A stretch of DNA of 64,000 nucleotides from positions 1 through 64,000 of the forward strand of contig JACKEC010000025.1 of assembly GCA_020633195.1 (NCBI GenBank). The letters are read 5' to 3'. Positions within the stretch are counted from its first letter, which is position 1; every line of letters starts with the position of its first letter. Shown piece after piece: positions 1 to 10,025 of this stretch. The translations under genes and the position numbers were made by a program. This DNA is from Sandaracinaceae bacterium. Lineage in GTDB: Bacteria; Myxococcota_A; Polyangia; Polyangiales; Sandaracinaceae. The notes under the pieces were generated by a model that saw nothing but the letters and a program-made list of their open reading frames with translations, made no database searches and was not told the DNA's origin.

Positions 1-545
1 CGCCACTGGTCGTACTCGTCGCCGTCGTCGACGAGATCGCCCGGGACGAGCACGAACCCGAGCCCGTCGTCGGGCAGCGCGTGGCCCTCGGCCGCGAGCA
101 GCGCGAGGATGCCCTCGCGGATCACCTGGCCATAGACCTCGGGGTTCGCCCGATCGATCTGCATGTCGGACATCGCGGCGAGCCGGAAGGTCACCTCGTC
201 GACGCGCGCGGGCGCCGTCGTGAAGTGGAACGGCTCGCTCACCGCGGCGCCGGTGCGCACGCGGTAGTGGTAGCGCGTGGCCGGGAGGAGCCCCGTCAGC
301 TCGACCTCGTGGACCCGGTTCGTCCCCTCGCTCGGGATCGACCCGCCCGTCGCGCTCTGTCCGAGGGCGTCGGTGGCTCCCCACTCCACGACGCTCTCCT
401 CCCCGCCGGTGGTCTCCCACAGGATCCACGCCGAGCTCGTCGTGACGTCCTGGACGTACGGGCCGACGTGCAGCTCCTGAGCGCTCGCGGGGGTGGCGAG
501 CGCCAGGAGGACGACGAGGAGGGCGGCGACGGCTCGCGTGCTCAC
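1..545 (-). CDS. Metallophosphoesterase, purple-acid-phosphatase-like, secreted; partial, C-terminus beyond window start
   Basis: Minus-strand frame open from GTG at 545 to position 1 with no stops; absent from ORF track because it has no stop in the window. Translation MSTRAVAALLVVLLALATPASA|QELHVGPYVQD... has a signal peptide, a PAP N-terminal FN3-like motif (VELTGLLPATRYHYRV) and calcineurin-like motifs (FRLAAMSDMQID; VLVPGDLVDDG). 65 nt downstream of leuB. Confidence 0.55.
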   Translation of the reverse strand, partial: MSTRAVAALLVVLLALATPASAQELHVGPYVQDVTTSSAWILWETTGGEESVVEWGATDALGQSATGGSIPSEGTNRVHEVELTGLLPATRYHYRVRTGAAVSEPFHFTTAPARVDEVTFRLAAMSDMQIDRANPEVYGQVIREGILALLAAEGHALPDDGLGFVLVPGDLVDDGDEYDQW

Positions 546-609
546 CTCGACGAGCGTACCCGCTCCGGGCCGGCGGCGCTCCAGACGCGAGCCCGACCCC
601 GAGACGGCG

Positions 610-1650
610 CTACGCGAGCGCGTCGAGGATCCGGTCGGTCATCGCCTCGGTGCCGAGGTCGCCGCCGAGCTCCGTCGTCAGGGCGCCGGCGCCGAGCGCG
701 CGCTCGATCGCCGCCTCGATCGCGGCGGCCGCGTCGGGGCGGTCGAGGCTGTGGCGGAGCATCAGCGCCGCGCTCGCGATGGTCCCGACCGGGTTGGCGA
801 TGCCCTTGCCCGCGATGTCGGGCGCCGAGCCGTGGATGGGCTCGTACAGCCCGCGGGTCCCGTCGCCGACGGAGGCGCTGGGCAACACGCCGAGCGAGCC
901 CGTGAGCGCCGCGGCCTCGTCGGTGAGGATGTCGCCGAAGAGGTTCGAGGTGACGATGACGTCGAATTCCCGCGCGTGGGTCAGCAGCCGCATCGCGCAC
1001 GAGTCGACGAGCTGGTGCTCCAGCGTGACCTCCGGGTGCTCGGCGCACACCTCCTCGGCGGTCTCGCGCCAGAGGCGGGAGCTCTCGAGCACGTTGGCCT
1101 TGTCGACGCTCGTGACCTTGCGTCGTCGGCCCTCGGCGAACCGGCACGCGAGCTCGACGACCCGAGCGATCTCCGTCCGCGAGTAGCTCATCGTGTCGAA
1201 CGCCCGCACCTCGCCGGACTCGGTGTCGCGGCCGCGCGGGCTGCCGAAGTAGATCCCCCCGGTGAGCTCGCGGACCACCAGGAAGTCCACCCCCGCGACC
1301 CGCTCCGGGCGCAGCGGGGAGCGCGCCGCGAGCGCCTCGATCACGCGGACCGGGCGCAGGTTGGCGTAGACCCCGAGCGCGCTCCGCAATCGCAAGAGGC
1401 CTTGCTCCGGCCGGACGGCCGCGCGGGGGTCCGACCACTTCGGTCCGCCCACCGCGCCGAGGATCACCGCGTCCGCGCCGAGGCACGCCTCGAGGGTCCG
1501 CGGCGGGAGCGGATCCCCGCCCTCGTCGATCGCCGCGCCGCCGATCGCGTGCGTCTCGTACGCGAGGTCCGGCGCGACCGCGTCGAGCACCCGCCGCGCC
1601 GCGCCGACCACCTCGGCGCCGATCCCGTCACCCGGCAACAGAACGATCAT
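610..1650 (-). CDS. leuB: 3-isopropylmalate dehydrogenase
   Basis: MIVLLPGDGIGAEV...; full-length similarity to the LeuB/IDH family. I trimmed the ORF-track start (1791) to the internal ATG at 1650, since the upstream 47 aa are Arg/Gly junk. The start overlaps the cimA stop (ATGA). Confidence 0.9.
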   Translation of the reverse strand: MIVLLPGDGIGAEVVGAARRVLDAVAPDLAYETHAIGGAAIDEGGDPLPPRTLEACLGADAVILGAVGGPKWSDPRAAVRPEQGLLRLRSALGVYANLRPVRVIEALAARSPLRPERVAGVDFLVVRELTGGIYFGSPRGRDTESGEVRAFDTMSYSRTEIARVVELACRFAEGRRRKVTSVDKANVLESSRLWRETAEEVCAEHPEVTLEHQLVDSCAMRLLTHAREFDVIVTSNLFGDILTDEAAALTGSLGVLPSASVGDGTRGLYEPIHGSAPDIAGKGIANPVGTIASAALMLRHSLDRPDAAAAIEAAIERALGAGALTTELGGDLGTEAMTDRILDALA

Positions 1651-3218
1651 GACGCCTCCGATCGCTGCCCACGCAGCATCGCCAACCCGTGCTCGAGCCC
1701 GTCGACGAGCGCGCCGCGGGCCGCCTCGATCACGTTGTCCGACACGCCCACGGTGCCCCACGCGTGGCCCCCCGCGGAGTGCTCGATCCACACCCGCACG
1801 CGCGCGTCGGTCCCCGCGTCTCCGTCCACGATCCGCACCGCGAAGTCGGTCAGGTGGATGCGCGCGACCTCGGGCACGACGGGCTCGAGCGCCTTGCGCA
1901 GCGCCTCGTCGAACGCGGCCACCGGCCCGTGCCCCGCGCCGACGGTGTGGAAGACCTTGTCGCCGACCTTGGTCTGCACGGTGACCTCCGCGTAGGGTAG
2001 CTCACCTTCGCCCCGGCCGACCTGCACCCGATAGCGGACCACGTCGAAGGGCCGCCGGTAGCCCGGGCGCCGCCGCTCGAGGCGCAGCGCCACCGAGCCC
2101 TCGGCGCGATCGAAGCTGTAGCCCGCCGCCTCCTCCGACTCGATCTCCGAGAGCACCTCGCGCGCCAAGGTGTCTTGCGCATTCCACCCGAGGCGCTCCG
2201 CGAACGAGAGCACGTTCGCGCGCCCGGACAGCTCGCTCACGACAACGCGCGATCGGTTCCCGACGCGGGTCGGATCGACGTGCTCGTAGGCCCGCGGGCT
2301 GCGCCGGATCGCCGAGACGTGGACGCCCGCCTTGTGGGCGAAGGCGCTGCGGCCGACGTAGGGCTCGTGCGGATCCTCGGGGACGCCGGCGATCCGCGCG
2401 ATCTCGGACGCGGTCGCGCTGAGGCCCTCGAGCGCGCCGTCGGCGAGGACCCGGACGCCCTGCGAGAGCTCGAGCGCGGGGGCGATCGCGCAGAGGTTCG
2501 CGTTGCCGCAGCGCTCGCCCCAGCCGTGGAGCGTGCACTGCACCTGCTGCGCTCCGGCGCGCACCGCGGCGAGGCTGTTCGCGACCGCGCAGCCGGAGTC
2601 GTCGTGCGCGTGGATCCCGACGGGGCGGCCCGCGATCTGGGCGACCTCGCGGGTGACGCGCTCGATGTCCCACGGGAAGCCGCCGCCGTTCGTGTCGCAG
2701 AGGACGACGGTGGACGCGCCGCCGTTGACCGCCGCGACGAGCGTCTGCATCGCGTAGGACGGATCGAGCGCGTAGCCGTCGAAGAAGTGCTCGGCGTCGA
2801 AGATGACCTCGCGGCCGTGCGCGACGAGGTAGGCGACGCTCTCTCGGATCATCGCGAGGTTCTCGTCGGGGCTGACGCGGAGCACCTCGCGGACGTGCAG
2901 CGTCGAGCTCTTCCCAAAGAGGGTGCAGACGTCGGTGCCGCACGCGAGCAGCGCGCGCAGGGACGGATCGTCCTCGGGGGCGAGGCCCCGCCGTCGGGTG
3001 GCGCCGAACGCGACGAGCTTCGCGTGGGTCCACTCGACGTCGCGGGCGCGCTCGAACAGCTCGGCGTCCTTGGGGTTGCTCCCCGGCCACCCGCCCTCGA
3101 TGTAGGCGACGCCGAGGCCGTCGAGGAGCCGGGCGATCCGCAGCTTCTCGCTCGCCGAGAGGCTCACGCCCTCGCGCTGCGTGCCGTCGCGGAGGGTGGT
3201 GTCGTAGAGGTGGGTCAC
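1647..3218 (-). CDS. cimA: (R)-citramalate synthase-type LeuA paralogue (CimA-like, about 523 aa)
   Basis: N-term [14 protein letters not shown]; motifs YIEGGWPGSNPKD, FDAEHFFDGY, VLCDTNGG, GIHAHDDSG, GERCGNANLC, VGRSAFAHKAGVHVSA, RSPRAYEHV. This is the CimA-like clade pattern rather than canonical LeuA. GTG start at 3218 sits directly after the leuD stop; ORF-track N-terminal 118 aa rejected as Arg-rich. Confidence 0.72.
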   Translation of the reverse strand: MTHLYDTTLRDGTQREGVSLSASEKLRIARLLDGLGVAYIEGGWPGSNPKDAELFERARDVEWTHAKLVAFGATRRRGLAPEDDPSLRALLACGTDVCTLFGKSSTLHVREVLRVSPDENLAMIRESVAYLVAHGREVIFDAEHFFDGYALDPSYAMQTLVAAVNGGASTVVLCDTNGGGFPWDIERVTREVAQIAGRPVGIHAHDDSGCAVANSLAAVRAGAQQVQCTLHGWGERCGNANLCAIAPALELSQGVRVLADGALEGLSATASEIARIAGVPEDPHEPYVGRSAFAHKAGVHVSAIRRSPRAYEHVDPTRVGNRSRVVVSELSGRANVLSFAERLGWNAQDTLAREVLSEIESEEAAGYSFDRAEGSVALRLERRRPGYRRPFDVVRYRVQVGRGEGELPYAEVTVQTKVGDKVFHTVGAGHGPVAAFDEALRKALEPVVPEVARIHLTDFAVRIVDGDAGTDARVRVWIEHSAGGHAWGTVGVSDNVIEAARGALVDGLEHGLAMLRGQRSEAS

Positions 3219-3781
3219 GCGGCGCCCCGCCTCGCTTCGAACGCCCCGATCGCGTCGCTCTTCGCCAGCAGGTAGCCGAGCGAGTCCACCCCGCCGAGGA
3301 GGCACTCGCGCGCGAAGTCGTCGATCTCGAAGCGCGCGAGGTGGTCGCGCCAGCTGACCGTCCGGCCGAAGAGGTCCACCCGGACGTCGAGCGCGGGGTT
3401 CATCTCGAGGCTCGCGAGCAGCCGCGCGTGCGCGGGCTCCTCGAGGGCCACGGGCAACAGCCCGTTGCGCTGCGCGTTCTGTCGGAAGATGTCCGCGAAC
3501 GAGCGCGCGATCACGCAGCGGTAGCCCCCCGCGAGGAGCGCCCAGGGCGCGTGCTCGCGCGAGGAGCCGCAACCGAAGTTGTGTCCGGCGAGCAGGATCG
3601 AGGCTCCGTCGCGGTGGTTCAGCGGCGAGCTCGGGTCCTCGCGCCAGGCCGCGAAGAGGCCCTCGCCGAGCCCGGAGCGATCGGTGACGGTGAGGTAGCG
3701 CGCCGCGATGATCTGGTCGGTGTCGATGTCGTCGCGGACGAGCGGGACGACGCGGGAGGTGAGCTCGAGGAAGGGCTTCAT
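3215..3781 (-). CDS. leuD: 3-isopropylmalate dehydratase small subunit
   Basis: [30 protein letters not shown]...; start trimmed from 4384 to ATG at 3781, which overlaps the leuC stop as ATGA. GGAG Shine-Dalgarno upstream. Confidence 0.9.
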   Translation of the reverse strand: MKPFLELTSRVVPLVRDDIDTDQIIAARYLTVTDRSGLGEGLFAAWREDPSSPLNHRDGASILLAGHNFGCGSSREHAPWALLAGGYRCVIARSFADIFRQNAQRNGLLPVALEEPAHARLLASLEMNPALDVRVDLFGRTVSWRDHLARFEIDDFARECLLGGVDSLGYLLAKSDAIGAFEARRGAA

Positions 3782-5160
3782 CGGGAGGTCTCCAGGGTGC
3801 GAGCGTCGGTGACGACGCCGCTCACGGCGGTCGCGGCGGCGGTGAGCGGGGAGGCGAGCAGCGTCCGGCTGCCCGGCCCCTGCCGCCCTTCGAAGTTCCG
3901 GTTGGAGGTGGACACGGCGAGCTTCCCCGACGGGACCTGGTCGCCGTTCATCGCGAGGCACATCGAGCAGCCGGGCTCGCGCCACTCCGCGCCGGCCGCG
4001 GTGAACACGCGGTCGAGCCCCTCGGCCTCGGCGGCGCGCTTGACCGCGCGCGAGCCGGGGACGACGAGCGCGCGCAGGCCCTCGGGGACGCGGCGACCGT
4101 CGAAGACGGAGGCGGCCTGGCGCAGGTCGTCGAGCCGCGAGTTGGTGCAGGAGCCGATGAACACCACGTCCACGGGCTGCCCGAGCAGCGGGCGCCCGGC
4201 CTCGAGCTGCATGTAGGCCAGGGCTCGCCGCGCCGCGTCCGAGTCGGGGGCGGGCACCGGCTGGTCGACGGCCACGTTCATCGCCGGGGTCGTCCCCCAG
4301 GTGATGCGCGGCGCGACCGCGCTCGCGTCGATCGTCACCCGCCGCGCGAAGGCGGCGTCGTCGTCGGTCTTCAGCGCGCGCCACCGGGCCGTCGCCGCGT
4401 CGAAGTCCTCCGGCGCGCCGGGGCGCCCCGCGAGGTACTCGAAGGTGGTGTCATCGGGCGCGACCATGCCCGCCCGCGCGCCCGCCTCGATCGACATGTT
4501 GCACAGCGTCATACGCCCCTCCATCGAGAGCGCGCGGACGGCGTCGCCGGTGTACTCGAGGACGTGGCCGGTCCCCCCGCCGATGCCGATCTCCGCGATC
4601 AGCGCGAGGATCAGGTCCTTGCCGGTGACCCCGGGGCGCGCCGCGCCGTCGAAGCGGACCTCGAACGCATCAGGGCGATATTGCAAGAGACATTGCGTCG
4701 CGAGGACGTGCTCGACCTCGCTCGTCCCGATCCCGAACGCGAGCGCGCCGAAGGCGCCGTGCGTGGACGTGTGGCTGTCCCCGCAGACGACGGTCATGCC
4801 CGGGTGGGTCCGCCCCTGCTCGGGGGCCACGACGTGGACGATCCCGTTGTTCGGCGAGTCGAGGTCGAACAGCTCGATGCCGTGCTCGGCGCAGCGCCGC
4901 GCGAGCATCTCGAGCTGCGCGCGCCCCGCGTCCGCGACGATCTTGAGGCCCCCGGGCCGCGTGGGCGTCGAGTGGTCCATCGTCGCGAGCGTCCGCTCGG
5001 GCCGGCGCACGGGCAGGCCGCGGGCCTCGAGCCCGGCGAACGCCTGCGGCGAGGTCACCTCGTGGACGAGGTGCAGATCGATGTAGAGGATCGACGGCCG
5101 GCCCGGCGACTCGTGGACGACGTGCGCGTCCCAGACCTTGTCGAAGAGGGTGCGCGGCAT
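3778..5160 (-). CDS. leuC: 3-isopropylmalate dehydratase large subunit
   Basis: [15 protein letters not shown]...; aconitase-family motifs throughout, 460 aa. Confidence 0.92.
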   Translation of the reverse strand: MPRTLFDKVWDAHVVHESPGRPSILYIDLHLVHEVTSPQAFAGLEARGLPVRRPERTLATMDHSTPTRPGGLKIVADAGRAQLEMLARRCAEHGIELFDLDSPNNGIVHVVAPEQGRTHPGMTVVCGDSHTSTHGAFGALAFGIGTSEVEHVLATQCLLQYRPDAFEVRFDGAARPGVTGKDLILALIAEIGIGGGTGHVLEYTGDAVRALSMEGRMTLCNMSIEAGARAGMVAPDDTTFEYLAGRPGAPEDFDAATARWRALKTDDDAAFARRVTIDASAVAPRITWGTTPAMNVAVDQPVPAPDSDAARRALAYMQLEAGRPLLGQPVDVVFIGSCTNSRLDDLRQAASVFDGRRVPEGLRALVVPGSRAVKRAAEAEGLDRVFTAAGAEWREPGCSMCLAMNGDQVPSGKLAVSTSNRNFEGRQGPGSRTLLASPLTAAATAVSGVVTDARTLETSR

Positions 5161-5161
5161 G

Positions 5162-6767
5162 TCAGCTCGCCTTCGCCCGCGTCATGACGGGCTCCACCGC
5201 GAGCATTCGGTTGAGCGCGGAGACGTACGCGTGCGCGCTCGCGACGATGATGTCGGTGTCGGCCCCGTAGCCGTGGAACTCCCGGGCGCGCGTGGACTCG
5301 CCCCACTGCGGGTGCGTCTTGGGGTCGTGGTCGGCGCCGCAGATGCGCACGCTCACCTCCCCGAGCGCGTCGATGCCCTCGGTGACGGCGTGCACGCGGT
5401 ACTCGAGGAGGCGCGGGCTCACCCCGACGATGCGGTCGATCGCGCGGAAGCAAGCGTCGACGGGGCCGCCCCCGGAGGCGGTGTAGATCTGCGCGCGCTC
5501 GCGCGGGTCGACGAGCCGCACCTCGGCCGAGGCGCCGCCGGTGCCGCACTTGATGTCGAGGCCCGTCATGCGGAAGACGCCCGACGTCTCGCCCTCGCGC
5601 GCGGCGACGAGCGCGACGAGGTCCGCGTTGGTGACGTGCTTCTTCCGATCCGCGAGCGCCTTGAAGCGCGCGAACGTCTCGTCGAGCGCGTCGTCGTCGA
5701 TGGGGTGGCCGAGCTCCGCGAGCCGGACCTTGAGCGCGTGCCGGCCCGAGTGCTTGCCCATCACCAGCTCGCTCTCGGGTCGCCCGATCGTCTCGGGCCG
5801 CATGATCTCGTAGGTCTGCCGCGCCTTGAGCATCCCGTCCTGGTGGATGCCCGCCTCGTGCGCGAACGCGTTCGCGCCGACGACCGCCTTGTTGGGCTGC
5901 ACCGGCATCCCGCTGAGCGTGCTCACGAGCCGGCTCGTGCGGTGGAGCTGCGTGGTGTCGATGCGGGTGTCGAGGCCGCCGAAGAAGACGCTGCGCGTGT
6001 GCAGCGCCATCACGACCTCCTCGAGCGCGGTGTTGCCCGCGCGCTCGCCGACGCCGTTGATCGTGACCTCGACCTGGCGCGCCCCCGCGGCGACCCCGGC
6101 GAGGGTGTTGGCGGTCGCCATGCCGAGATCGTCGTGGCAGTGGACCGACAACGTGACGTCCTCGATCCCGGCCACGTTCGCGCGGACCGTGCGGATGCGT
6201 CGGTCCATCTCGAGCGGCGTCACGTAGCCGACCGTGTCGGGCACGTTGAGCGTGGTCGCGCCCGCGCGGACGGCGGCGGTGAAGACCTCGCAGAGGAACC
6301 CGGGCTCCGTGCGGCAGGCGTCCTCGGCGCTGAACTCGACGTCGTCGGTCAGCTCCTTGGCGCGCGCGACCGCCTCGGCGACCTTCTGGATGACCTCCTC
6401 GCGGCTCATCCCGAGCTTGAGCTGCCGGTGGATCGGGCTCGTCGCGAGGAACGTGTGGATGCGGGGCCGCGCGGCGTCGCGCACCGCCTCGAACGCCGCG
6501 CGCAGGTCGTTCTCGTGGGCCCGCGCGAGCGCGCAGATGATCGGCGGGGCGTCGCCGTCGTTGCCGACCTCGCGCGCGATGGCCTGGACCGCGCTCAGGT
6601 CGTCGGGCGAGGCCGCGGGGAAGCCCGCCTCGATCACGTCGACCCGGAGGCGGGACAGCGCGCGCGCGATCTGGAGCTTCTCGGCCGGCGTCATGGACGC
6701 GCCCGGGGACTGCTCCCCGTCGCGCAGCGTCGTGTCGAAGACGATGACGGAGGTCATCACGGCACCT
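5162..6767 (-). CDS. leuA: 2-isopropylmalate synthase
   Basis: [22 protein letters not shown]... plus a C-terminal LeuA dimerisation/regulatory domain. Start trimmed from 7546 to ATG at 6767, which overlaps the ilvC stop by about 11 nt. The leuA stop is 1 nt from the leuC start. Confidence 0.9.
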
Positions 6768-7767
6768 CGACCGGTGACACGAACGGCATCATCGCGCGCA
6801 GGCGCTTGCCGACCGCCTCGATCGAGTGCTCGCGCTCGGCCGCGCGGCGGCCCTCGAAGGTCGGGCGGCCCTCGGCGTTCTCGGCGATCCAGCGCTTGGC
6901 GAACTCCCCGTTCTGGATCTCGCCGAGCACCTCGCGCATGCGAGCGCGCGTCCCGTCGTCGACGACGCGCGGCCCCGAGACGTAGTCGCCCCACTCGGCG
7001 GTGTCGCTGATCGAGTACCGCATGTAGCCGAGCCCGCCGCGGTACATGAGGTCCACGATGAGCTTCAGCTCGTGGAGGCACTCGAAGTACGCGACCTCGG
7101 GCTGGTAGCCGGCCTCGACGAGCGTGTCGAAGCCCGCCTTCACCAGCTCGGAGACCCCGCCGCAGAGCACCGTCTGCTCGCCGAAGAGGTCGGTCTCGGT
7201 CTCTTCGGAGAACGTCGTCGTGAGCACGCCCGCGCGGCCCGCGCCGATCGCGCTCGCGTAGCTCAGCGCGAGCGCGTCGGCGGTGCCCGACGTGTCCTGG
7301 TGCACGGCGAGGAGCGCCGGCACCCCGCCGCCCTCCTGGTACGTCTCGCGGACCCGGTGCCCGGGGCCCTTGGGCGCGACCATCGAGACGTCGACGTCCT
7401 TCGGCGGCTCGATCGTGCCGTACCGGATGTTGAACCCGTGCGCGAACATGAGCGTGTCGCCCGGCCGCAGGTGGGGCCGCACGGAGTCGCGGAAGACCGC
7501 CGGCTGCGACGTGTCGGGGACCAGCATCATCACGACGTCGGCCCACTTCGTGGCCTCGTCCGGGGTCGTCACCTCGAGGCCGGCCTTCTCCGCGGCGGCC
7601 CAGCTCGCGGAGCCCTCGCGGAGGCCCACCTTCACGGCCACGCCGCTCTCCTTCAGGTTGAGCGCGTGCGCGTGTCCCTGGGAGCCGAAGCCGAGGATCG
7701 CCACGCGGCGGTCACGGATCAGGCTGGCGTTCGCGTCTCGGTCATATCGCATCTGAGTCATCGTCAT
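6757..7767 (-). CDS. ilvC: Ketol-acid reductoisomerase
   Basis: [22 protein letters not shown]...; class I KARI, 336 aa. The start could instead be an internal Met (7761 or 7752). Confidence 0.92.
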   Translation of the reverse strand: MTMTQMRYDRDANASLIRDRRVAILGFGSQGHAHALNLKESGVAVKVGLREGSASWAAAEKAGLEVTTPDEATKWADVVMMLVPDTSQPAVFRDSVRPHLRPGDTLMFAHGFNIRYGTIEPPKDVDVSMVAPKGPGHRVRETYQEGGGVPALLAVHQDTSGTADALALSYASAIGAGRAGVLTTTFSEETETDLFGEQTVLCGGVSELVKAGFDTLVEAGYQPEVAYFECLHELKLIVDLMYRGGLGYMRYSISDTAEWGDYVSGPRVVDDGTRARMREVLGEIQNGEFAKRWIAENAEGRPTFEGRRAAEREHSIEAVGKRLRAMMPFVSPVEVP

Positions 7768-7776
7768 CTCTCCCGT

Positions 7777-8304
7777 TCACGCGGCTTCGCGCGAGGCCTT
7801 CTCGTGCAACTGCATCTTCTCGTCGGCGCCGCGCGTGAGCGCGATGGCGCCGGTCTGGACCATCTCCCGGATCCCGTAGGGGCGGAGCAGGGCGACGAGG
7901 CCCTCGATCTTCTCGGTGGTGCCCGCGATCTCGATGATCAGCGTGTCGTGCGCGACGTCCACGACCTTTGCGCGGAAGAGCTCGCAGATCTGGAGCACCG
8001 CGGGGCGCTGCTCGGCGTCCGCGCCGACGCGGATCAGCGCGAGGTCGCGCGTCACCGAGGGGCGGCTCGTGATGTCCTCGACCGCGAGGACGTTGACGAG
8101 CTTGTAGAGGTTCGCCTCGATCAGCTTGCTCGTGCGCTCGTCCGCGGCGACGACGACGGTCATCCGCGAGACGCCGACCTCGTGGGTCCGGCCCACGTTG
8201 AGCGAGACGATGTTGAAGTCGCGGCGCCGGAAGAGCGACGCGACCCGGTTCAGCACCCCGGGCACGTCCTCCACGAGGACGGCGAAGGTTCGGAGCTCCG
8301 TCAT
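7777..8304 (-). CDS. ilvN: Acetolactate synthase small (regulatory) subunit
   Basis: [25 protein letters not shown]... with an ACT domain; 175 aa. Start trimmed from 9876 to ATG at 8304; ATGA overlap with the ilvB stop. Confidence 0.9.
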   Translation of the reverse strand: MTELRTFAVLVEDVPGVLNRVASLFRRRDFNIVSLNVGRTHEVGVSRMTVVVAADERTSKLIEANLYKLVNVLAVEDITSRPSVTRDLALIRVGADAEQRPAVLQICELFRAKVVDVAHDTLIIEIAGTTEKIEGLVALLRPYGIREMVQTGAIALTRGADEKMQLHEKASREAA

Positions 8305-10025
8305 GACCTGCTCTCTCCTCCCTGGATCGCGCCCCCTCGAGGGCGGCGGATCATGTCGGCGAGGTCGTTCCCCGCCGGAACCATCGGGTAGACGAAGTCC
8401 TCCGCCTGCACCCTGAAGTCGATCACCACGGTCCCCTCGCTCTGCCGCGCGAAGGCGACCGCGTCGGGGATCGCGTCCCGACGCTCGACCCGCCGGCCGG
8501 CGAGGCCGTGCGCCTCGGCGAGCTTGACGAAGTCGGGGCCCATCATCGGCGTCGCGACGTAGCGGCGCTCGTAGAAGAGCTCCTGCCACTGCCGGACCAT
8601 GCCGAGGAAGCCGTTGTTGATGATCGCGATGTTGACCTTCAAGCCCTCTTGTCGACACGTCGACAGCTCGGGGGCCGACATCTGGAAGCCGCCGTCGCCG
8701 ACCACGACCCAGATCTCGTCGTCCGGGCGGGCGAAGCGCGCGCCCATCGCGGCGGGCAGCGCGAAGCCCATCGTGCCGAGGCCGCCCGACGTGAGGAGGC
8801 TGCGCGGCCGGTCGTGCTTGTAGTACTGCGCCTCCCACATCTGGTGCTGGCCCACGTCGGAGACGACGAGCGCGTCCCCGCCCGTCAGCGCGTAGAGGTC
8901 CCCGATCACGTGGGCGCCGAGGAGCCGGCCCTCGTCCGGGATGCGCAAGACGTCGTGCGCCTCGGCGTCCGCGCGGAGCGCCCCGAGGGTGTCGTTCCAC
9001 GCCGCGCGCTTCGCCGGCGCGACCCGCGGCACGAGCCGCTCGAGCACCGCGCGGACGTCGCCCACGAGCGGCAGGTCCACGCGCACGTTCTTGTCGATCT
9101 CGGCCGGGTCGAGCTCGACGTGGATCTTCCGGGCGCCGCGCGCGTAGGTCGCGAGGTTCCCCGTCACGCGATCGTCGAAGCGCATCCCGAGCGCGACGAT
9201 GAGGTCGGCGCGCTGCACCGCCTCGTTCACCCACGCCTCGCCGTGCATCCCCATCATCCCGAGGTTGCGCGGGTGCGTCGCGGGGAAGCCGCCGAGGCCG
9301 AGCAGCGTGCACGCCACCGGAAGGTCCGCCCGCTCGACGAGCGCGGTGAGCGCCTCGCTCGCCTCGGCCTTGACGATGCCCTGCCCGCAGAAGAGGAGCG
9401 GGCGCTCGGCGCGGTCGATCATCGCCGCGGCGGCGTCGAGGTCGGCGTCGGTGAGCGGGCGCGCGGGCCGGCGGGCCTCGCGGCGCGGCCCCGGCTCGGT
9501 CCGCGGCGCGTGCCCGAGCTGCGCGTCCTTGGTGATGTCGACCACCACGGGGCCGGGTCGCCCGGAGCGCGCGACCTCGAAGGCCTCGCGGATCGTCGGC
9601 GCGATCTCCTCGGCCTTCGTGACGAGGTAGTTGTGCTTCGTGATCGGGAGCGTGACGCCCGTGATGTCGGTCTCCTGGAAGGCGTCCGAGCCGATCAGGC
9701 TCGAGGGCACCTGGCCGGTGATGCAGACGATCGGGGACGAGTCGAGCATCGCCGTCGCGATGCCGGTCACGAGGTTCGTCGCGCCGGGGCCCGAGGTCGC
9801 GATCGCGACGCCGACGCGGCCCGACGCGCGCGCGTAGCCGTCGGCCATGTGCGCGGCGTTCTGCTCGTGCCGGCACAGGACGTGGTGCGTGGAGTGACGC
9901 GAGAGCGCGTCGTAGGTCGGCATGATCGCGCCGCCCGGGTAGCCGAAGACGACGTCGACGCCCTCCTCGGTCAGCGTCGTCCAGATCGCGTCGGCGCCCG
10001 TCTCACCCTGGCCGTGGCCGCTCAT
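8301..10025 (-). CDS. ilvB: Acetolactate synthase large (catalytic) subunit
   Basis: [36 protein letters not shown]...; ThDP-enzyme motifs (GDGGFQM). Start trimmed from 12371 to ATG at 10025 with a GGAGGA Shine-Dalgarno; the stop of ilvD overlaps (ATGA). Confidence 0.92.
   Translation of the reverse strand: MSGHGQGETGADAIWTTLTEEGVDVVFGYPGGAIMPTYDALSRHSTHHVLCRHEQNAAHMADGYARASGRVGVAIATSGPGATNLVTGIATAMLDSSPIVCITGQVPSSLIGSDAFQETDITGVTLPITKHNYLVTKAEEIAPTIREAFEVARSGRPGPVVVDITKDAQLGHAPRTEPGPRREARRPARPLTDADLDAAAAMIDRAERPLLFCGQGIVKAEASEALTALVERADLPVACTLLGLGGFPATHPRNLGMMGMHGEAWVNEAVQRADLIVALGMRFDDRVTGNLATYARGARKIHVELDPAEIDKNVRVDLPLVGDVRAVLERLVPRVAPAKRAAWNDTLGALRADAEAHDVLRIPDEGRLLGAHVIGDLYALTGGDALVVSDVGQHQMWEAQYYKHDRPRSLLTSGGLGTMGFALPAAMGARFARPDDEIWVVVGDGGFQMSAPELSTCRQEGLKVNIAIINNGFLGMVRQWQELFYERRYVATPMMGPDFVKLAEAHGLAGRRVERRDAIPDAVAFARQSEGTVVIDFRVQAEDFVYPMVPAGNDLADMIRRPRGGAIQGGESRS

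Noticed and set aside
7777-9876. 699-aa ORF
   Set aside because: The C-terminal 175 aa are ilvN. The upstream 520 aa are an Arg-rich alternative frame over ilvB.
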